From NCBI RefSeq assembly GCF_001194135.2, contig NC_068984.1:58090824-58154823 (forward strand): DNA of 64,000 nt, read 5' to 3'. Below are positions 63,262 through 64,000 of this stretch, in pieces. Both the position numbers and the translations under genes were made by a program. Positions within the stretch are counted from its first letter, which is position 1; each line of letters starts with the position of its first letter. The notes under the pieces were generated by a model, which was not told where the DNA came from, did no database searches, and saw nothing but the letters and a program-made list of their open reading frames with translations. This DNA comes from Octopus bimaculoides (lineage: Eukaryota).

Positions 63262-63678
63262 TGTCGTCATCTGTGTGTGTGTGTGTGTATCTTTGTGTCA
63301 GTGTTTGTCTCCTACCACCACTTGACAACCAGTGCTGGTGTGTTTACGTTCCTGTAACTTAGGTTTGGCTAAAGCAACCAATAAAATAAGTATTAGGCTT
63401 TAAAAAAACAAATAAGTTCTGGAGTTGCTTTGTTTGACCAAAACTCTTCAAGGTGATGTCCCAGCATGGCCGCAGTCAAATGACTGAAACACGTAAAAGA
63501 TAAAAGATAAGCCCTGAAATCAGGTAAAAGCGGACACACATACACATAACCAGAATATAATAAATGGTGTTGACTATGATGGTATATTTATTATTACTTT
63601 ATGAAATTTTCTTTTAATTTTTAGGTTGCAGCTTGCAAGGATTCTGGTATTGAATTCTTTGAACAAATGTTGGAAAAT
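12980..63678 (+). CDS. NIPBL: Nipped-B-like protein (cohesin loader Scc2/NIPBL), partial multi-exon gene; 28 exons traced
   Basis: Spliced translation contains hallmark NIPBL segments: DELLESPTFKKF, EIC SEAAKLKSMG, LWREITMERIMRSMDA, LTDTVVLQ, RPLFENFVQDLLSTVNKPEWPASELLLSLLG, SRRPFAQSFDIYLTQ, AVRTKAMKCL, VREAAVELVG, DTGISVRKRVIKI, VNDEEGIKKLV. Introns are GT-AG and phases match across all junctions. Confidence 0.97.
13600..13705. repeat. 20-bp minisatellite (tatagatgcagtatgctaaa x3) with duplicated flanks
   Basis: Read directly at 13615-13679; flanks atatagtacatctgta / atatagtgcatctgta. Confidence 0.85.
14125..14258 (+). CDS. NIPBL: NIPBL exon (CPQQSGQRFPNSQYPVHGNFYPTTRFQQQQYQHFAQSQHHEQYA)
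   Basis: Acceptor ttctaattttacag, donor CAG|gtacta. Open frame, phase 2 in and phase 1 out, both matching neighbours. Confidence 0.8.
14845..15312 (+). mobile_element. tRNA-derived SINE, family B (internal TG/TA microsatellite, tail ...gactgaaacaagtaaaag)
   Basis: Shares body and tail with copies at 32505-32800, 33244-33582, 40205-40575 (-) and 63004-63510; N gap 15016-15049. Confidence 0.8.
16451..17498 (+). mobile_element. 5'-truncated Penelope-like element (GIY-YIG C-terminus) with 147-bp inverted terminal duplication
   Basis: 16598-16807 translates ERVNEHWRDYNNQKQTSVLYQHVKEQHGGVLDRISIEILSRHPGDASLRQVQESVLITETRPILNSKYT*. 16451-16597 is the reverse complement of 17352-17498 with 3 mismatches. 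Confidence 0.8.
17659..17798 (+). CDS. NIPBL: NIPBL exon (GSPAQAAVAEPLINIDISPMPESAGSAYSSRRRSSTSSKPQTLSCSE)
   Basis: Acceptor tttatctttcag, donor GAA|gtaagt; phase 1 to 0. Confidence 0.8.
18382..18760 (+). mobile_element. Full-length tRNA-derived SINE, family C, with target-site duplication
   Basis: A box TGGCCTAGTGG (18392-18402), B box GGTTTCGATTCC (18435-18446); AGTGAAATTTA at 18368-18378 and 18764-18774. Confidence 0.85.
19450..20200 (+). mobile_element. Highly decayed CR1-group LINE fragment (endonuclease-RT linker)
   Basis: PQILKWFTHSC resembles the conserved PWFxxxC linker motif; otherwise broken frames. Confidence 0.4.
20582..20659 (+). CDS. NIPBL: NIPBL exon (PTERKNPSTLNKEMELSNRKGGDRKC)
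   Basis: Acceptor ctttcttctacag, donor TGT|gtaagt; 78 nt, phase 0-0. Confidence 0.78.
21234..21445 (+). mobile_element. SINE family A copy
   Basis: Matches the reverse complement of 6044-6253 (gagttcaaattccgctgaggtcaaatttgcc...ggccttgtgcc). Confidence 0.75.
23003..23482 (+). CDS. NIPBL: NIPBL exon, polyQ/H-rich, ending in WPIVVLEPLDPE (PxVxL motif)
   Basis: Acceptor aattttttacag, donor GAG|gtatgt; 480-nt open frame including supplied ORF 23096-23509. Confidence 0.85.
24928..24967 (+). CDS. NIPBL: Probable small NIPBL exon (ILFTAFEVPKQCV)
   Basis: Acceptor atcttgtttcag, donor T|gtatga. Provides the phase 0-to-1 change needed between exons 23482 and 29924. No homology support available. Confidence 0.5.
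25261..25299 (+). CDS. NIPBL: Probable 39-nt NIPBL exon (FKADCDIMRRQLKG with flanking codons)
   Basis: Very strong polypyrimidine acceptor ending ttccatacag, donor AAGG|gtaggt; phase 1-1 and open. Confidence 0.55.
26450..26920 (+). mobile_element. RTE-clade LINE AP-endonuclease remnant
   Basis: KIILFGDFNAKVDYDCNVW (GDFNA motif); upstream YCF*VSKPVDEN*EDSIGFVIRKNL resembles YTFFWSGKPxxExRxxGVGFAI. Confidence 0.7.
28342..28413 (-). tRNA. tRNA-Thr(UGU)-like pseudogene or isolated tRNA-derived head
   Basis: 72-nt cloverleaf by eye: acceptor GGCAGTT/AGCTGGC (6 of 7 pairs), D stem GTTT/AAAC, anticodon loop CATGTAA, T stem GTGAG/CTCAT with loop TTCAAGT. Anticodon stem is damaged and position 33 is A rather than U. 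Confidence 0.55.
29924..29974 (+). CDS. NIPBL: NIPBL exon (CKRSYSADSDDNDDLY)
   Basis: Acceptor cttgtaattcag, donor T|gtaagt; 51 nt, phase 1-1; joins in frame to exon 34698. Confidence 0.75.
31487..31532 (-). ncRNA. Minimal type I hammerhead ribozyme motif (Penelope-type), probably inactivated
   Basis: Minus strand: GACAC-CUGAUGA-A-GGCUG(10-nt loop)CAGCC-GAAAC-GCU-GUGUU. Stem I gacac/gtgtt and stem II ggctg/cagcc are present; the triplet before stem I is GCU rather than NUH. Confidence 0.75.
31556..31710. mobile_element. Head-to-head palindrome of two tRNA-like Pol III heads
   Basis: 31556-31626 versus reverse complement of 31640-31710 has 10 mismatches in 71 nt; axis near 31633. The + arm has A box TGGCGTAGTGG (31645-31655) and a degenerate B box (31688-31699), followed by (TAA)n at 31714-31778. 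Confidence 0.85.
31790..32026 (+). mobile_element. RTE-type 3' tail repeat (ends in GAT repeat / gap)
   Basis: Highly similar to 39790-40020; same tail as in 50860-51120 and 55830-56075. Confidence 0.8.
32505..32800 (+). mobile_element. SINE family B, 5'-truncated
   Basis: Body and tail match 33244-33582 and 63004-63510. Confidence 0.8.
33244..33582 (+). mobile_element. SINE family B with internally deleted head
   Basis: ggtgcaggcatggctg is joined directly to cagtcacactgc, unlike the intact head at 63004. Confidence 0.8.
34698..34853 (+). CDS. NIPBL: NIPBL exon (QKKRRKRNKRLHQRALSIDELLESPTFKKFVTSIEYVFDSAEDIDFGSLDP)
   Basis: Basic NLS-like cluster, then the conserved segment resembling vertebrate EEMMDSSTFKRF; canonical splice sites. 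Confidence 0.93.
34920..35690 (-). mobile_element. pogo/Tigger-like DNA transposon remnant (transposase C-terminus plus one end)
   Basis: ORF 35324-35611 reads KWQYVSEFVEKNHPEKVSAGRAAALFNDTALVHFHNILKGRKKQTSLDMFL, the TIGD1/Tigger C-terminal pattern. A Tigger-like end (agtgatccct...ttccccattgaaattaat) lies near 34920. Confidence 0.75.
35868..35974 (+). CDS. NIPBL: NIPBL exon (DDDVECPPESLISRQVMSEICSEAAKLKSMGVFNQ)
   Basis: Resembles vertebrate ELGSESAKIKAMG; canonical splice sites, phase 1 to 0. Confidence 0.93.
36740..37870 (+). mobile_element. CR1-group LINE reverse-transcriptase remnant
   Basis: KATDPDNVPP..., IPKKG, HQYSFCKTRSIG and LYINNLLVTSNNTHSYADD (YADD catalytic motif); frameshifted. 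Confidence 0.8.
37962..38178 (+). mobile_element. SINE family A copy interrupted by N gap 38088-38148
   Basis: Matches other family A copies on both sides of the gap. Confidence 0.8.
38535..38621 (+). CDS. NIPBL: NIPBL exon (IPDDKLVRLLAILQWNVRDGIKLTPNINQ)
   Basis: Acceptor tttttcttgtag, donor CAG|gtatag; phase 0-0. Confidence 0.92.
39100..39520 (+). mobile_element. Two tandem SINE family A copies
   Basis: Heads near 39101 and 39332, each preceded by attatt..tctgtatttaaggtgg. Confidence 0.8.
39790..40020 (+). mobile_element. RTE-type 3' tail repeat ending (GAT)n
   Basis: Near-identical to 31805-32026. Confidence 0.8.
40205..40575 (-). mobile_element. SINE family B copy (antisense)
   Basis: Reverse complement matches 33244-33582 and 63004-63510. 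Confidence 0.8.
40696..40927 (+). CDS. NIPBL: NIPBL exon (EEEDEEQILWREITMERIMRSMDASLAALYIITAPDMPKQVYLEDVIERII...KIDPHAK)
   Basis: Within supplied ORF 40672-40965; strongly NIPBL-like; donor AAG|gtaagg. Confidence 0.95.
41765..41919 (+). CDS. NIPBL: NIPBL exon (GYHGSVKAKRSR...LYNKLCELVEALGVLLSIQELTDTVVLQ)
   Basis: Conserved LTDTxxLQ motif; canonical splice sites. Confidence 0.94.
42455..42535 (+). CDS. NIPBL: NIPBL exon (VSTLGVSPFFVENISEMQLNAMKLVTI)
   Basis: Conserved PFFVEN motif; phase 0-0. Confidence 0.94.
44670..44770 (+). CDS. NIPBL: NIPBL exon (IFSKYDKHRQLILEDIFASLARLPSSKRNLRNYR)
   Basis: Conserved segment; donor AG|gttatt, phase 2. Confidence 0.95.
45155..45299 (+). CDS. NIPBL: NIPBL exon (LNAEESIQMVTALALQLIQCVV...KNSKGK)
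   Basis: Conserved IQMVTALxLQLIQCVV; canonical splice sites. Confidence 0.95.
46137..46219 (+). CDS. NIPBL: NIPBL exon (TDNDVLIVTSYETAMRTGYNFLSVFLKK)
   Basis: Conserved SYETAMRT..NFLS.FLKK; phase 0 to 2. Confidence 0.95.
47679..47808 (+). CDS. NIPBL: NIPBL exon (CTAKSEDDFRPLFENFVQDLLSTVNKPEWPASELLLSLLGRIL)
   Basis: Highly conserved Scc2 motif; canonical splice sites. Confidence 0.97.
49270..50380 (-). mobile_element. Decayed CR1-group LINE remnant
   Basis: 3' segment HYYIFCNSSF...HVFPPDL resembles the RTxxYxNSFFP...VFP tail; linker-like segments lie upstream; many stops. Confidence 0.45.
50562..51125 (+). mobile_element. 5'-truncated RTE-clade LINE (ORF end plus 3' UTR)
   Basis: TVEGIWGRGRPRKTWDEVVKHDHRMLGLTEAMTKDRDLWRYVVTEK* has the typical RTE C-terminal GRPRKTW...DR..WR motif, followed by the gcacgtaaaaagcac / aagggcatccagctgtaga tail. 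Confidence 0.85.
52347..52490 (+). CDS. NIPBL: NIPBL exon (VQQFSNKSTDMSLRVASLEYLGIVAARLRRDA...IVEK)
   Basis: Conserved LRVASLxYLGxVAARLRxDA; phase 0-0. Confidence 0.96.
52759..52797 (+). CDS. NIPBL: Probable 39-nt NIPBL exon (MMFSGPDRKDSSL)
   Basis: Strong acceptor (long T tract + cctag), donor TTA|gtaagt, phase 0-0; falls in a variable loop. Confidence 0.62.
53504..53599 (+). CDS. NIPBL: NIPBL exon (MNMDKDYRQTESLQRALLDYLAEHGQREPALL)
   Basis: Resembles vertebrate LQKALLDYL; donor TTG|gtaaga. Confidence 0.9.
55196..55258. repeat. 32-bp tandem duplication
   Basis: caaaaattct(a/t)...tgtggta at 55201 and 55233. Confidence 0.85.
55357..55562 (+). CDS. NIPBL: NIPBL exon (FSRSFYIAQWYRD...KPLGTVR)
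   Basis: Conserved FYIAQWxRD; donor AG|gtatca. Confidence 0.95.
55628..56075 (+). mobile_element. 5'-truncated RTE-clade LINE, ends in (GAT)n
   Basis: DLQTLGLAEEMTKD*DSWWFAVLE matches the 50562 copy; shared 3' tail. Confidence 0.75.
57098..57200 (+). CDS. NIPBL: NIPBL exon (TSNYLLVYQEACLAACYLSSRRPFAQSFDIYLTQ)
   Basis: RPFAQSFDIYLTQ matches vertebrate NIPBL as I recall it. Confidence 0.96.
57615..57713 (+). CDS. NIPBL: NIPBL exon (ILRVLSETAVAVRTKAMKCLSAVVEADPSILAR)
   Basis: HEAT repeat; canonical splice sites. Confidence 0.97.
58043..58871 (+). repeat. Local ~130-bp direct duplication (58043-58168 and 58736-58871)
   Basis: Both copies read ggaagaaattaccatttt...gtaacagaaattcatattacttgtcc...cttcgaattcaggtggagaggtgaa. 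Confidence 0.9.
59253..59399 (+). CDS. NIPBL: NIPBL exon (DDMQRGVHGRFLDQSTSVREAAVELVGKFILIRPELIPKYYDMLCDRIL)
   Basis: HEAT repeat; canonical splice sites. Confidence 0.97.
59572..59706 (+). CDS. NIPBL: NIPBL exon (DTGISVRKRVIKIFKDICLEQPDF...RRVNDEEGIK)
   Basis: HEAT repeat; canonical splice sites. Confidence 0.97.
60571..60672 (+). CDS. NIPBL: NIPBL exon (KLVSEVFQTMWFTPCKEKESHEKLLRRVVNITEV)
   Basis: Conserved KLVxExFQxxWFTP; donor GTG|gtgagt. Confidence 0.95.
62050..62900 (-). mobile_element. Penelope-like element remnant, Neptune-like (RT thumb/linker plus GIY-YIG with CxxC)
   Basis: Minus-strand fragments: FVVTHDPRQQNILYLVKQYLPFLHQS...INS*RQPRNLKKLLTK, MNCKTKN, YCITCPQCNENYIN*TGSKLIHRIRIHKQQVRD, FKIVPF, ending LELN near 62057. 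Confidence 0.8.
63004..63510 (+). mobile_element. Full-length SINE family B with internal (TA)n/(CAT)n/(TG)n
   Basis: Head TGGCTGTGTGG (A box) ... GGTTCAGTCCC (B box-like); tail gactgaaacacgtaaaagataaaagataa. Confidence 0.85.
63625..63678 (+). CDS. NIPBL: NIPBL exon (VAACKDSGIEFFEQMLEN)
   Basis: Resembles vertebrate VAACRDTGYDWFEQLL; donor AAT|gtgagt. Confidence 0.93.
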
Positions 63679-64000
63679 GTGAGTAGTCACTTGATGGTTT
63701 GTTGTTAATAAAAAATATTCATATATTTTATAAAATATAATTAAAATGTTATTTTTCTTCAATATTTTTTAAAATACCAGAACTCCATATATAAGTATAT
63801 TGTTTTGATAATTTTGCCAACAGAAATGCATTTACCATTTTAGATAACTTAACGTGTTGTGATACTCTAAAAGTGTCTCACTTGAGATTTGCTGTCTGTC
63901 ACAGATGATCAAAACTGAAGTCTTTTGTGGCTCCAAGGAAGAAGTCTAGTCTTCAGAATATAGCTTTGTTGATGTGTGTGCTCAGTCAGTAAGAAAGATA

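Overview
AT-rich eukaryotic (animal) genomic DNA with many microsatellites and ten N-gaps. The repeat types suggest an octopus/cephalopod, which is an inference. The window is the interior of one large multi-exon gene on the + strand, NIPBL/Nipped-B (Scc2 cohesin loader). I traced 28 GT-AG coding exons from 12980 to 63678 (about 1,200 codons) with consistent intron phases. They run from a Q/H/P-rich N-terminal region, through a PxVxL HP1-binding-type motif, into the HEAT-repeat core. The gene's start and end are outside the window or were not recognised. The introns hold tRNA-derived SINEs, RTE- and CR1-group LINE remnants, pogo/Tigger remnants, two distinct Penelope-like (GIY-YIG) elements and a tRNA-Thr-like pseudogene. 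The most unusual structure is at 31.4-31.8 kb: a head-to-head palindrome of two tRNA-like Pol III heads, one of which runs directly into a minimal Penelope-type hammerhead ribozyme motif. Most ORFs in the supplied track are spurious (microsatellites, N runs, antisense of exons).
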